A stretch of DNA of 62,509 nucleotides from Roseiarcus sp. (GCA_036521435.1 DATDHT010000056.1:1-62509), one strand, 5' to 3'. Numbered from the stretch's first letter, positions 27,878-38,879 are shown. Program-made: numbers and translations. The notes: a model not told the origin generated them from the letters alone.

Positions 27878-28129
27878 GTGCAGGTACTCGTTCGCGACAA
27901 CAATGTGGATCAGGCCCTCAAGGCTCTCAAGAAGAAAATGCAGCGCGAGGGCATCTTCCGCGAGATGAAGCTTCGCGGACATTATGAGAAGCCCTCGGAG
28001 AAGCGAGCGCGCGAAAAGGCCGAGGCGGTCCGGCGCGCGCGCAAGCTCGCGCGCAAGAAGTTGCAGCGCGAGGGCCTGCTTCCGATGAAGCCGAAGCCTG
28101 TTCCCGGGGCGCCGCGGTCGGCCGGCTGA
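27878..28129 (+). CDS. rpsU: 30S ribosomal protein S21
   Basis: [41 protein letters not shown]. Confidence 0.98.
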   Translation: MQVLVRDNNVDQALKALKKKMQREGIFREMKLRGHYEKPSEKRAREKAEAVRRARKLARKKLQREGLLPMKPKPVPGAPRSAG

Positions 28130-28290
28130 TCAGCGACGGTTCGATGTCTCTCGGCAAGATTTGCCGCGCAAACTTGAGCGTCTAGCGCGCCCGTGGCCCT
28201 TGGCGGCCGATTGAGCGGCGGGGTTTTTGGTTTGGCCTTGCGTATCATCGATCAAGGCGCACATTTCCTCTGGCCTTCGGTCTTGCCGCG

Positions 28291-29139
28291 ATGAGGGGAC
28301 GACCGACTTCCAGGAGCATTTTGGCGCGAACCGCATTAGCGGCGACGGCGCTCGTGCTTGCGGCGTGCAGCGAGACGCTTGGCGGATTGAACACGCATGT
28401 GGCGGAACTCGACGCCGAACCTGGTGCTCAAGCTTCCAACGCCGGCAATATTGCTTCGCTTACTGACGTCATTCAGCGCAATCCGAGTGACGCTACTGCT
28501 TACAACACGCGCGGCGTCGTCTACGCCAAGCTCGGCAAGTATTCGAACGCCGTCGAGGATTTCAGCCACACGATCGAACTCGATCCCCATTTCTCTGGCG
28601 CCTACACTAACCGGGCGCTCGCCTATCGCCAGACCAAGAAGGACGATCTGGCGATGCAGGACTTCAATCAGGCGATCTCCGTCAACGCAAACGACGCGGC
28701 AGCCTATCTCGGCCGCGGCAACCTCGAACGTGCGCACGGCGACTATTCCGGCGCGCTCAACGACCTGAATCAGGCGATCCGGCTGAACCCCGAGGGCGCG
28801 CAGGCGTATCATGCGCGCGGCCTCATCTATCAGCGCCAGGGCAACAATGTTCAGGCGATCACCGATTTCAACAACGCGATTGATCGCGACCCGTTCGCGG
28901 GCGAACCCTATCAGGCCCGCGGCCAGAGCTTAATGGCGACCGGCAAGTATGAGGCCGCGATCGAGGACTTCAACGCGGCGCTTAACGTCAATGCCAACAA
29001 CTCGGAAGTCTGGGCAGGCCTCGGCCTCTGCTATGAAAAGCTCAACAATCGCGCGAAGGCGGTCGAATCCTACCAGCGCGCGGTATCGGTTAATCCCGGC
29101 AACAGCGAAGCGCGAGCCGCCCTGCAGCGGTTGAGCTGA
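28291..29139 (+). CDS. TPR-repeat lipoprotein
   Basis: Lipobox LAAC, then about 6-7 TPRs (AYNTRG, AYTNRA, AYLGRG, AYHARG). Confidence 0.9.
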   Translation: MRGRPTSRSILARTALAATALVLAACSETLGGLNTHVAELDAEPGAQASNAGNIASLTDVIQRNPSDATAYNTRGVVYAKLGKYSNAVEDFSHTIELDPHFSGAYTNRALAYRQTKKDDLAMQDFNQAISVNANDAAAYLGRGNLERAHGDYSGALNDLNQAIRLNPEGAQAYHARGLIYQRQGNNVQAITDFNNAIDRDPFAGEPYQARGQSLMATGKYEAAIEDFNAALNVNANNSEVWAGLGLCYEKLNNRAKAVESYQRAVSVNPGNSEARAALQRLS

Positions 29140-29261
29140 AACGCCAGACCAGAGGCCACGGCCGAAACTGTACGCGAAAACGGAGTGTTCGGTTTCGCGC
29201 GCGGCTCAAGCTTGTCAGTTGCGAGGACGCGTCAAAAGACGCTGTTTCGACCGACGATTTC

Positions 29262-30617
29262 TCATCCTTGCGCTTCGGGCTCGTTCCTAAGGAAATCCTC
29301 GAGCCAGTGGATATCGTACTGGCCGTTCTGCACGTCCGAGTTTCGAACGAGTGTGCGAAACAGGGGCAGGGTGGTCTCGACACCGTCGACGACGAATTCA
29401 TCGAGCGCTCTCCGCAGCCGCATCAGAGCTTCGGTGCGAGTTCGGCCGTGGACGATCAGCTTGCCAATCAGTGAATCATAATAGGGCGGGATTACGTAAC
29501 CCTGATAGGCTGCCGAATCGACGCGAATGCCAAGACCTCCCGGCGGGTGAAAGTAGGCGATTCGTCCCGGCGAGGGTGCGAATGTGCGCGGGTGCTCCGC
29601 GTTAACGCGGCATTCAATCGCCGCGCCAAGGAATCGAACGTCATCCTGCGCGATAGAGAGAGGTGAGCCGGCCGCAATCTTGATTTGCTCATTGATGATG
29701 TCAATTCCGGTGATCATTTCGCTGACCGGATGCTCGACTTGGACCCGTGTATTCATCTCGATGAAGAAGAACTTCCCGTCCTCGTATAGGAACTCGATCG
29801 TTCCTGCGCCGACGTAGCCCAGCTCAGCCATCGCCTTGGCGACAATTCCGCCGATGTTCTCGCGCTGTTCCGGATTCAGCGCCGGGGAGGGGCCCTCCTC
29901 CCATACTTTCTGGTGGCGACGCTGAAGGGAGCAGTCGCGCTCGCCGAGGTGAATGGCGTGTCCCTGCGTGTCGCCGAGCACCTGAACTTCGACGTGGCGT
30001 GGCTTGGCGAGGTATTTCTCCAGATACACGGAATCATCACCGAATGCGGTACTCGCCTCGATCTTGGCCGCACTGATCGCCTCGGCAATGCCGTCGGGCC
30101 CGAACGCGACCTTCATCCCGCGGCCACCCCCGCCTGCCGCGGCCTTGACGATGACCGGATAGCCAATCTTGTCGGCGATCTCGCGCGCTTCGACTTCGTC
30201 CCGTACGCCGCCTTCGGATCCCGGGACACACGGGAGTCCGAGCCGCTTAGCGGTGCGCTTGGCCTCGATCTTGTCGCCCATCAGGCGGATGTGTTCAGCC
30301 TTCGGGCCGATGAACGTGATTTCGTGCTCGTCGAGAATATCCGCGAAACGCGCGTTCTCGGCTAGAAAACCGTAGCCTGGATGAACGGCGTCAGCGCCAG
30401 TGATCTCGCACGCAGCGACAATCGCGGGAATGTTGAGATAACTGTCGCGCGCCGGCGGGGGCCCGATGCAAACGCTCTCGTCCGCAAGCTTGACGTGCAT
30501 CGCGTCCTTGTCGGCGGTTGAATAGACCGCAACGGTCGCGATGCCGAGCTCCTTGGCCGCACGCAGGACTCTGAGCGCAATCTCGCCTCGGTTGGCGATC
30601 AGGATTTTATCGAACAT
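29262..30617 (-). CDS. accC: Acetyl-CoA carboxylase biotin carboxylase subunit
   Basis: [54 protein letters not shown]. Confidence 0.97.
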   Translation of the reverse strand: MFDKILIANRGEIALRVLRAAKELGIATVAVYSTADKDAMHVKLADESVCIGPPPARDSYLNIPAIVAACEITGADAVHPGYGFLAENARFADILDEHEITFIGPKAEHIRLMGDKIEAKRTAKRLGLPCVPGSEGGVRDEVEAREIADKIGYPVIVKAAAGGGGRGMKVAFGPDGIAEAISAAKIEASTAFGDDSVYLEKYLAKPRHVEVQVLGDTQGHAIHLGERDCSLQRRHQKVWEEGPSPALNPEQRENIGGIVAKAMAELGYVGAGTIEFLYEDGKFFFIEMNTRVQVEHPVSEMITGIDIINEQIKIAAGSPLSIAQDDVRFLGAAIECRVNAEHPRTFAPSPGRIAYFHPPGGLGIRVDSAAYQGYVIPPYYDSLIGKLIVHGRTRTEALMRLRRALDEFVVDGVETTLPLFRTLVRNSDVQNGQYDIHWLEDFLRNEPEAQG

Positions 30618-30671
30618 CGAGGCGAGCTCCCCGATCGCTCGCAACCATCGCAGCTCGACTCTGTATCGCGC

Positions 30672-31178
30672 TCATTCAACAATCATCAACGGCTGGTCGT
30701 ATTCGACCGGCGAGCCATCGTCGACCAGGATGGTCACGACCTTGCCGGCCCGCGGCGCAACAATGTCGTTGAACGTCTTCATCGCCTCGACTAGCAGCAA
30801 CTTGTCTCCAACCTTCACCAGCGACCCAACTTCGACGAACGGCTTAGCTTCGGGACTGGCCCGCAGATAGGCCGTTCCGACCATCGGCGATTTCACCGCG
30901 CCCGCGAGATCGGCAACTGGCGGCTCCATCGCAGGTAGAGCACTGACGGAACTCCGCGCCGAATTGGCCGCGGCAGACGCCGTTTGTGGAGTCGCGGCAA
31001 AGTTTGCCTGCAGGGCCGGCGCTCGCTCGCGCGCGAGACGCACTTGCAGGTCGCCGAGGCTTATCTCGACCTCGCTCAAATCGTATTTCGACACGATCTT
31101 TGCAAGTTGCTCGATCGCGGCGACATCGACAAGCTTTTGCGCAGACCCGTCGGTTTGCACGCCGGACGGCTTCTTCAT
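30672..31178 (-). CDS. accB: Biotin carboxyl carrier protein
   Basis: SPMVGTAY, biotinylation motif EAMKT, Ala/Pro linker. Confidence 0.95.
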   Translation of the reverse strand: MKKPSGVQTDGSAQKLVDVAAIEQLAKIVSKYDLSEVEISLGDLQVRLARERAPALQANFAATPQTASAAANSARSSVSALPAMEPPVADLAGAVKSPMVGTAYLRASPEAKPFVEVGSLVKVGDKLLLVEAMKTFNDIVAPRAGKVVTILVDDGSPVEYDQPLMIVE

Positions 31179-31276
31179 TTTCTTTCGCTCGCAACAGGAA
31201 ATTACGCCGGGTCAACAATCGGGCTTTCGTATATCCCGCGGGTCCGGTCAAGGAAAGGGCGCCTAGTCGTAGCGGT

Positions 31277-33364
31277 TCATGCCCGACGGGCCCATACGCT
31301 AACATCGTGAAAGGCCGCGCCTCCATAGGGAGCGACACTGTCGTCGCCCACGAGGACGTTGATTCCCCAGCCGTCAAGGAAGGCCGAAGGCGGCCAGATG
31401 CCTTCGCTGACGAGGATTCCCTGCTTCACGCCCTCGACTATGCGGGCATGCAACCGTGTCCGACCACGCTGGTTTCCCAATTGCACGACGTCGCCTTGCG
31501 AGAGCCCTAAGCTCACCGCATCGGACGGGTTGATGAGCACCTCGGGTCGCTGTTCCCTCGATAACGAGGTCGGCGTCTGAGTGAAGGTCGAATTGAGGAA
31601 ATTTCGAGCCGGAGAGGTCGCAAGCTTGAACGGGTGATCGTCGTCAGCGGCCTCGTTGATCGGCCAATAGTCGGGCAGACTCGGCATGGCGCGCCAGGGG
31701 CCCCGCAATCCGTCATTCGCGATCGGTGCGTTTTTCCAATCCGCCTTGAACCGAAACTTTCCGTCCGGAAAGCCAAAGCCGCTGAGGAAGTGTGATTCCT
31801 CGAATGGGGGTTGCAAATCGAGCCACCGTTCTTTTTCCAATGTCGCAAGATCGCCGTAGCCGGATTCCCGCAGCGTCCAATCAATGATCTCGCGTGGCGA
31901 CATCGAAAATGCGGGATGCTCGGCGCCGACGCGTCGGGCAAGCTCAGCAATCACCTCGTGATTTGAGCGGCAGCCCTCGGGCGGGTCGACCACCTTGCCC
32001 GCGAATTGCAGATGCTGGTGACCCCCGGCGGTGTAGATGTCGTCGTGTTCCAGGAACATCGTGGCGGGCAGGACAATATCGGCGTAGCGCGCCGTGTCGG
32101 TCATGAACTGCTCGTGGACGCAGGTGAACAGGTCATCGCGCGAAAAGCCACGACGCACCTTCTCCTGATATGGCGCAACCGCGAGCGGGTTCGTATTTTG
32201 GATCAGCATGGCTCTAACGGGCGGACCGCCCTTCAGCGCCTCCGCCTCGCCGGTCAGGATCGCGCCGACCCGCGACTGGTCCAGACGACGAACGCTTGTG
32301 TCTCGGACGTCCAGCCCCTCGATCATTGTCTTTTGCAGTTTGTAGAGGCCACTGTTGCTGTGGAAAGCTCCGCCGCCCTCATGAGCCCACGCGCCGGTGA
32401 CCGCGGGAATGCATAACGCTGCGTGCATGTTCGCCGCGCCGTTGCGTTGTCGCGAGAAACCAAAACCAAGGCGGAAGAAGCTACGTTTGGAGCGCCCGAC
32501 CAGTGCGGCGAATTCCTCGATTTGCGCAACCGCGACGCCGGTGATCGCGCTCGCCCATGCGGGGTCGCGAGTCTGCATGTGCGCCTCGAGCTCATGCGGC
32601 GCATCAGTGTATCGTTCGAGATAATCCCAATCGGCCAACCCGTCCCGAAACAGAATGTGCATCACTGCACAGGCCAGTGCGCCGTCCGTTCCTGGCCTCA
32701 CGCATACTGCGAGATCGGCCTGACGCATAGTTTCGTTTTCATAGATGTCGATGGCGACAATCTTCGCGCCGCGTTCCTTACGCGCGCGCACCGCGTGGGT
32801 CATGACGTTGACCTGGGTCGCGACCGCGTTGGTGCCCCAAATGACGACGCAATCGGACTTCGCCATTTCCCGCGGATCCGCGCCCATCAACCGACCGGTT
32901 CCGGCGACATATCCTGGGTGAGCGATGCCGACGCAAATTGTCCCATGGAAACGGGAATAGCGCTTCGCGTGCGTAAGGCGCTCGATGCCGTCGCGCATTA
33001 CGAGCCCCATCGTGCCGGCGTAGAAGTATGGCCACACGGCTTCGGGTCCGACCTCGCGCTCGACCGACAAGAAATTATCAGCGACCCGGTCGAGCGCCTC
33101 ATCCCAACCGATCGGCGCGAATTGCCTGCTTCCTTTCGGGCCGACGCGCTGAAGCGGGTGAGTGAGCCGATCCGGGTGATGGATGCGCTCCCAATAGCGA
33201 GCGACCTTGGCGCAGACGATGCCGGACGTGTAGGTCTGGTCGCGCGCTCCGTGGATGCGGCCGATGCGCTTGCCGCCAATCACCTCGACGTCAAGAGCGC
33301 AAACCGAAGGGCAGTCGTGCGGACAGACCGAGTGACGCCGGGTAATCTCGGTGATCGCGTTCAT
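31277..33364 (-). CDS. Molybdopterin (bis-MGD) oxidoreductase family protein, no Tat signal
   Basis: CPHDCPSVC...C 4Fe-4S motif, HPDRLTHPL.R.G.KG, DTARYADIVLPAT, C-terminal dinucleotide-binding domain. Confidence 0.9.
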   Translation of the reverse strand: MNAITEITRRHSVCPHDCPSVCALDVEVIGGKRIGRIHGARDQTYTSGIVCAKVARYWERIHHPDRLTHPLQRVGPKGSRQFAPIGWDEALDRVADNFLSVEREVGPEAVWPYFYAGTMGLVMRDGIERLTHAKRYSRFHGTICVGIAHPGYVAGTGRLMGADPREMAKSDCVVIWGTNAVATQVNVMTHAVRARKERGAKIVAIDIYENETMRQADLAVCVRPGTDGALACAVMHILFRDGLADWDYLERYTDAPHELEAHMQTRDPAWASAITGVAVAQIEEFAALVGRSKRSFFRLGFGFSRQRNGAANMHAALCIPAVTGAWAHEGGGAFHSNSGLYKLQKTMIEGLDVRDTSVRRLDQSRVGAILTGEAEALKGGPPVRAMLIQNTNPLAVAPYQEKVRRGFSRDDLFTCVHEQFMTDTARYADIVLPATMFLEHDDIYTAGGHQHLQFAGKVVDPPEGCRSNHEVIAELARRVGAEHPAFSMSPREIIDWTLRESGYGDLATLEKERWLDLQPPFEESHFLSGFGFPDGKFRFKADWKNAPIANDGLRGPWRAMPSLPDYWPINEAADDDHPFKLATSPARNFLNSTFTQTPTSLSREQRPEVLINPSDAVSLGLSQGDVVQLGNQRGRTRLHARIVEGVKQGILVSEGIWPPSAFLDGWGINVLVGDDSVAPYGGAAFHDVSVWARRA

Positions 33365-33528
33365 GAGCCCTCATGTCGTCACGCTTCGAGCCGGCCGTGC
33401 CGGATGCGATATTAGAGCGCTTCGGCTTTCGATTGAAGCGTTTGCATCCCTACCTCGTCCGCAAACACTCTTGCATTTGCAACCAAACACAACTAATAAG
33501 TTGCAATTATCAAACCGGTTGTTTGGCC

Positions 33529-34107
33529 TTGGCGATTCGTGTCTTTCTCAGCGCCTGCGTGGCTTTAGTGGCGCTCGGAGCTGCCTGGGCCGAGAGGGGG
33601 CCCAAGGCCGAAGGGTCCAAGGCCGTTGGATCTCAGCCGGAGATCCACTACGCGCCGCGTGAAAACCTGGAAAGTGTCGATGCCCAGGAGATTGGCCGGG
33701 CCCAGTTGTCCATCGATATCGCCGCTTACGTTCTATCCGACCCGCGCATCATCGAGGCCTTGACCGACGCGGCGGAACACGGCGTCCTCATCCGACTCTA
33801 TCTGGATAAGTCTCAGTTCGCAGAGCACGGAGCCACGCGGGGCGGCCCTGTCGAAGCGTTGCTCGCGCATCCGAACGTCGTAGCGCGCGTCAAGGGCGAG
33901 GGCGTTCTCATGCATTTGAAAGCCTATGCCGTCGATGGGGCGGTGTTGCGCACCGGTTCGGGCAACTTCTCTCGGTCGGGGCTCGCCAGCCAGGACAACG
34001 ATGCCATCTTCATTACTGACCCGTCGGTTGTCGATGCGTTTGAGGGCAATTTCGAGCGCATTTGGGCGCGGGCGCAAAACCTCGGCGCCCTGGATGTGAA
34101 TCGCTGA
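33529..34107 (+). CDS. Secreted phospholipase D-like protein, single HKD (Nuc-like); start uncertain
   Basis: Signal-like segment ending ...ALGAAWA; SIDIAAY, HLKAYAVD (HxKxxxxD), TGSGNFS...QDN. Confidence 0.85.
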   Translation: MAIRVFLSACVALVALGAAWAERGPKAEGSKAVGSQPEIHYAPRENLESVDAQEIGRAQLSIDIAAYVLSDPRIIEALTDAAEHGVLIRLYLDKSQFAEHGATRGGPVEALLAHPNVVARVKGEGVLMHLKAYAVDGAVLRTGSGNFSRSGLASQDNDAIFITDPSVVDAFEGNFERIWARAQNLGALDVNR

Positions 34108-34239
34108 TTGCCGCGCGCTCTCTGCATGCAACGTCAGCCGAAAGATTAGGAGCAAGCGCCGCCACCGTTCGAGACGGTCAGGGTAGCCAGCGCCGGCTGC
34201 GAGGCGGCCCAGGCGCCTACGCAATACGCGATCCAGTTA

Positions 34240-34267
34240 TTGACATAAATAGAATTTGTGTTACAAT
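34240..34267 (+). promoter_or_regulatory. Near-consensus sigma70 promoter with no obvious downstream gene
   Basis: TTGACA-N16-TACAAT in an AT-rich patch. Confidence 0.5.
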
Positions 34268-34484
34268 ATTTCTGATGAAGAGAATTTAGAGGGCCATCCC
34301 TTGCCAGGATGCCGGCTGCGAGGAAACCTGACTGACGCGGATACTGAAAAAATGGAAAAGGGACAGTTTTTGGCGCCTAACGTTCTGAAATCCTTGACAC
34401 GCGGCCACGACTGCGCGGCGAGGCGCAGACATATCGTTCACCCGATTACCCTGGCCGCGCGATTGCGATCCCGCCGGAACGCTT

Positions 34485-34745
34485 CTAGCGCGAATCGCTG
34501 CGGGGCTGCGGCAACCCCAGCGGCGTGTAGCGTTCGTACCGTTGGTTGAACGCCTCAGCGCCGAGGACGCCGACTTCCAGGCGTCGGGAGCCTGAGTCGC
34601 TTTGCGCGGCCAGAATTGATGACACGTGCCAACGCCAAGTGGTGGGGTCGTCCATACCGGGACCTGTCGCGACCTCGGTCACGCCTGCCGCGTAGCTTGC
34701 GCCGCCGCCGATTGCCGTGAGAGCAAGAATGAGGGACTTACGCAT
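34485..34745 (-). CDS. Small hypothetical protein, possibly exported
   Basis: Strong RBS GGAGGAG just before ATG; MRKSLILALTAIGGGASYAA resembles a signal peptide. Confidence 0.55.
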   Translation of the reverse strand: MRKSLILALTAIGGGASYAAGVTEVATGPGMDDPTTWRWHVSSILAAQSDSGSRRLEVGVLGAEAFNQRYERYTPLGLPQPRSDSR

Positions 34746-34850
34746 TGTCTCCTCCGGGATCTTGGCCTTTTATTTTGTCGCCGCGCGGCCTCAAATCTCC
34801 GATGCCGCCAGCGATGATTAAGGGATTGTAAACACGAATTTGTGGCCCGG

Positions 34851-35543
34851 CTAGGGCGATTCGCTCTTCAAGGCGATTTCGCGCAAGGCGTCGCTCGCCA
34901 TCATGCGAGTTATACGTCGACCTTGCGTCAAAGCCTCGTTGTCGAGCATGGCGACAAGCTCTCGGGCGGCTCCAAGCGAACGCTCGATCCTGAGCGCGAT
35001 GAAGGCGATTACATGCGGCTCCACCTGAAGCTGCCGATCGCTGAACAACTTGAAGAGGACTGCCTCGGTCAACTCAATGTCGGGCGCGGCAAGGCGAACA
35101 ATAGGCGCTAGTCGAAGTCGCGACAAAAGGTCGGGAGTATTGAGTTCCCATGTGTCAGGCGCTGTACGAGAGGTTAGAAGCACCCACGCGTCATATTGCA
35201 GCGCGGCATTGATCAGGTGAAAAAGCATCGCCTCGGCGCCCATTGCTTGGTCGGCGTCTTCGATCAGCACCGACCGGCCTCCGGCGCAGGCCACCACGCT
35301 CTGTTCATCCAACCCGTCTCCGACGAGACCGATAGCGCCGGCGGTGCGAGCCCAAATCGCCGCGAGGTGACTCTTGCCTGCTCCCTCAGGCCCGACAAGC
35401 ATTAGCATTCGGCCAGCCCAGTTTGGCCAAAGTTCGATTGCGGTCAGCGCGTCGAGGTTGGAAGGCGCTGGCAGAAAGTCTTCGCGCGCGAAGCTCGGCG
35501 AATGCGGCCAGCGAAACGTCAGCTGACGAGGCCGCGACATCAT
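34851..35543 (-). CDS. hdaA: DnaA regulatory inactivator HdaA
   Basis: PRQL.F clamp-binding motif, F..APSN..A, GPEGAGKSHLA, PDLLSRL, RIERS; typical purM-adjacent context. Confidence 0.88.
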   Translation of the reverse strand: MMSRPRQLTFRWPHSPSFAREDFLPAPSNLDALTAIELWPNWAGRMLMLVGPEGAGKSHLAAIWARTAGAIGLVGDGLDEQSVVACAGGRSVLIEDADQAMGAEAMLFHLINAALQYDAWVLLTSRTAPDTWELNTPDLLSRLRLAPIVRLAAPDIELTEAVLFKLFSDRQLQVEPHVIAFIALRIERSLGAARELVAMLDNEALTQGRRITRMMASDALREIALKSESP

Positions 35544-36664
35544 CGGATCTCCGGTTCCGACCTGCCGCCGTAAAACGAACTCGCGAGGTAAAGACCGATG
35601 AGATGACGAACGATGACGCCGATCGCCGCCGCAGTTGGAACCGCGATGATCAGGCCCAGGAAGCCAAACAACTGTCCAAAGGCAAGGAGCGCGAACATCA
35701 ACCAGACCGGATGAAGTCCGATCGATTCGCCGACGAGCTGCGGCGAGAGGACATTTCCTTCGAGGAGCTGACCGCTTCCAACAATGCCGAGAGCTAACAA
35801 GAACAGCTTCAGGTTTGGCCATCCCTGAAAGAGGGCAACGCTAAGCGAAAGCACCAGCGCGGTCAGCGAACCAACGTAGGGCACGAAGCTCAAAAGGCCG
35901 CCGACAACGCCAATCAGAAAACCATAGTCGAGACCGATCAGCGTCAAGCCAACGCTGTACCATATCCCCAGGAACAGGCAGACGATAGACTGGCCGCGTA
36001 TAAAACCTGCCAACGCGTGGTTTATTTCTCGAGCGATTTTTCTCAGTGTTTCCCGATGATCGAGCGGAAGCCAAGAGTCGAGCTTCGCGATCATCCTGTG
36101 CCAGTCGACAAGAATATAAAAGGCGACAACAGGCGTGACGATCAAGAGCGACAGGAAATTGAACAGCGCCGCCCCGCCAGACACCAGCCGTGTGAAAGCG
36201 TCGAGAAGCCACTGTGCGCTCTGTGCGACGAAATCGCCGACGGATTTTTGAATTTGCGCGCTAGACAATTGTTGGCGGAGCCCGAAGGCATCCAGCCAAT
36301 GGCCGCCGTATTTCGCAATGAACGCGTTGCCCTCCTCTACCGCGATCGCCTGCAACCGCATCGCATAGCCGGGCAAGTGTTGAGCGAAGGCAATGAATTG
36401 ACTGCCCAGCACCGGAACAATGAGAATAAAAAAAAGGGCGACGGTCAGGACGAAAACCGTGAGAATAAGAAGCGATGCGCCGAGGCGACTGAATCCTAAC
36501 CTCTGAAGTTTGAGCACGACCGGGTCGAGGAGATAGCCGAGAACGATGCCGGCGGCGAAGGGCGTTATCGTTGAGCCCAGCAGATAGACAATCAGCAAGA
36601 GGCCGACCAATCCGAGTCCCCAGAACAGGATCTGGCGCTCCAAGGTCACCCGGCCGAAACTCAT
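35540..36664 (-). CDS. AI-2E family transporter (PerM-like)
   Basis: YLLDP.V, GFIRGQ, FVPYVG, P.LVGESIGLHPVW, GFLGLIIAVP. Confidence 0.92.
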   Translation of the reverse strand: MSFGRVTLERQILFWGLGLVGLLLIVYLLGSTITPFAAGIVLGYLLDPVVLKLQRLGFSRLGASLLILTVFVLTVALFFILIVPVLGSQFIAFAQHLPGYAMRLQAIAVEEGNAFIAKYGGHWLDAFGLRQQLSSAQIQKSVGDFVAQSAQWLLDAFTRLVSGGAALFNFLSLLIVTPVVAFYILVDWHRMIAKLDSWLPLDHRETLRKIAREINHALAGFIRGQSIVCLFLGIWYSVGLTLIGLDYGFLIGVVGGLLSFVPYVGSLTALVLSLSVALFQGWPNLKLFLLALGIVGSGQLLEGNVLSPQLVGESIGLHPVWLMFALLAFGQLFGFLGLIIAVPTAAAIGVIVRHLIGLYLASSFYGGRSEPEIR

Positions 36665-37071
36665 CGCGTTTCAGAAGCTCCACTGGCCGGCTGCAGCAAA
36701 TCCCATTTGCCGCCCCAGGGATCGAGAAAGACTGCAACAAGCCCATAAGCTTCGCCGCGCGGCGTTTCCAGGAATTTGAGGCCACGCGCACGCAGCCGTT
36801 CATAATCACCCCAGAAGTCTCCAGAGTGAATAAAAAAGCCAACCCGCCCCCCCGTTTGGTCGCCAACACGGGCCCTTTGACGTTCGTTGCTCGGAATCGC
36901 GAGCACCAGCGCGGTGCCTGCGCCGCGTGACGGGGCGACAACAATCCAGCGCTTCGTGGGGGAGAGCTGGGTGTCTTCAAGAACCACGAAGCCGAGGACA
37001 TCGCGAAAAAACGCGAGCCCATCATCGTAGCTCGGAACAAACACTGTTACGGCTGCAAGGCTTCGGAGCAT
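36661..37071 (-). CDS. VOC (glyoxalase/bleomycin resistance) family protein
   Basis: V.SYDDGLAFF...LGF, GDQTGGRV, YG.VAVF.DPWG.KWDL. Confidence 0.88.
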   Translation of the reverse strand: MLRSLAAVTVFVPSYDDGLAFFRDVLGFVVLEDTQLSPTKRWIVVAPSRGAGTALVLAIPSNERQRARVGDQTGGRVGFFIHSGDFWGDYERLRARGLKFLETPRGEAYGLVAVFLDPWGGKWDLLQPASGASETR

Positions 37072-37080
37072 CGTTGCGCA

Positions 37081-37635
37081 CTACCGGCTCATATGGTCTA
37101 GCCACTGGGCGATATAGACGCCGCCCGAAGCCAGAGTTGTGCCGGCGACCATCCATTCAAGGGAGCTTTGCAGAAGCGGCTGGTCGAGGCCGTACGCGCG
37201 GACCCCAAGCGCGAAGCCAGCAAGCGTTATCTGCGCGACCGTATTCAGTTTCGACACCCAGACGGGGCGGATTTCAACCGGCTTGTCCAGCAACCAGGAG
37301 ACCAACACAGCCATCAAAATCATCACGTCCCTCGACACAACTGTGATGGCGATCGAGGCCGGCAAACCGGCATATATGGCCAGGGAAACGTAGATCGAAA
37401 TGAGCAGCGCCTTGTCGGCGAGTGGATCGAGATAGGCGCCGAGTTCCGTCCGGAGAGCAAATCGTTTGGCGACGAATCCGTCGATCGCGTCGGAAACGCC
37501 GGCCAGAATAAAAATAAGGAATGCGGGAAAGAACCGTTGCGAAATGATCATCATGACTGCGAGAGGCGTCATCAGCATTCGCGCCAGCGTGATGAAATTG
37601 GGTAAATTTTTGAGGAGCGTGCCGATATTCATCAA
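37081..37635 (-). CDS. CDP-alcohol phosphatidyltransferase (PgsA/Cls-like)
   Basis: NLPNFITLAR, SDAIDGFVAKR...TELGAYLDPLADK. Confidence 0.92.
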   Translation of the reverse strand: MMNIGTLLKNLPNFITLARMLMTPLAVMMIISQRFFPAFLIFILAGVSDAIDGFVAKRFALRTELGAYLDPLADKALLISIYVSLAIYAGLPASIAITVVSRDVMILMAVLVSWLLDKPVEIRPVWVSKLNTVAQITLAGFALGVRAYGLDQPLLQSSLEWMVAGTTLASGGVYIAQWLDHMSR

Positions 37636-37814
37636 TTATAGACGCCCTGGCGCCGCCGCCCAGCCATCCCGTTCTTGGACTTCGCCATACGTCCGAACGA
37701 CCGGGACCAAGGATAACACGAAGTCGCCGAGGTTGGAAAACAGGTGCTTGACGTCCTTGCGCGTTGCGGCGCGCGCCATTAGTCCGGTCGGCACCGAAGC
37801 CGCGCGGAGGCGGA

Positions 37815-38879
37815 ATGCCCGAAAGCCAAAAGCCGCTGACCTATGCCGAATCGGGAGTCGACATCGATGTCGGCAACCGGATTGTGGATCGAATACGTCC
37901 GTTCGCTCGCCGCACGCGCCGCTTGGGTGCGGGTGCCGAGCTTGGCGGATTCGGCGGACTGTTCGATCTTAAAGCGGCCGGGTTTGTAGACCCGATCTTG
38001 GTCGCCGCCAACGATGGCGTCGGTTCAAAGGTGAAGGTCGCTGTCGAGAGCGGGGTTTACTATACGATCGGGATGGACCTCGTGGCGATGTGCGTCAACG
38101 ACATCGTCGTTCAGGGCGCGGAGCCATTGTTTTTCTTGGACTATTTTGCCTCAGGCAAGCTTGACGAGGAGGTCGTGTCCACCGTCGTACAGGGCATTGC
38201 CGAGGCGTGCGCGCAATCGGGATGCGCATTGATTGGCGGAGAGACAGCCGAGATGCCAGGCCTTTACGCGCCTGGCGATTTCGACATCGCCGGCTTCGCC
38301 GTCGGGGCCGCCGAACGCGGAACCCTGCTACCCCGACCCGGACTGAAGCCGGGGGACCTTGTGTTCGGCCTGCCGTCGTCGGGCGTTCATTCCAATGGAT
38401 TTTCGCTGGTTCGGCGCATTGTAGCGCGGTCTGGCCTCGGATGGGAGGCTCCTGCCCCGTTCGATCCGTCACGCTCGCTTGCCGCCGCGCTGCTGACGCC
38501 GACGCGCCTCTATGTGCTCCCGATGCTCGATGCGTTAAAGCGAACCCAAGGCATCCACGCGCTTGCCCATATCACCGGCGGAGGTTACCCGGACAATCTG
38601 CCGCGCGTGCTGGACGATGGTCTCGCCGTCTCGCTCGATCTCAACGCCTTCACTCCGCAACCGGTTTTCTCCTGGCTCGCTTCGGTTGGCGATCTCGACG
38701 AAGGGGAGATGCTGCGCACCTTCAATTGCGGCTTCGGGATGGCGGCGTTCGTTTCTGCCGACCGTGAGGCAGAAGCGCGGGACGCGCTTGCTGACGTAGG
38801 CCTCTCGCCCGTCCTGATCGGTGAGCTTGTTCCAACCCAGGACCGCCGACTGCTCACCCATGGGAGGCTTAGGCGGTGA
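37815..38879 (+). CDS. purM: Phosphoribosylformylglycinamidine cyclo-ligase
   Basis: [51 protein letters not shown]. Confidence 0.97.
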   Translation: MPESQKPLTYAESGVDIDVGNRIVDRIRPFARRTRRLGAGAELGGFGGLFDLKAAGFVDPILVAANDGVGSKVKVAVESGVYYTIGMDLVAMCVNDIVVQGAEPLFFLDYFASGKLDEEVVSTVVQGIAEACAQSGCALIGGETAEMPGLYAPGDFDIAGFAVGAAERGTLLPRPGLKPGDLVFGLPSSGVHSNGFSLVRRIVARSGLGWEAPAPFDPSRSLAAALLTPTRLYVLPMLDALKRTQGIHALAHITGGGYPDNLPRVLDDGLAVSLDLNAFTPQPVFSWLASVGDLDEGEMLRTFNCGFGMAAFVSADREAEARDALADVGLSPVLIGELVPTQDRRLLTHGRLRR

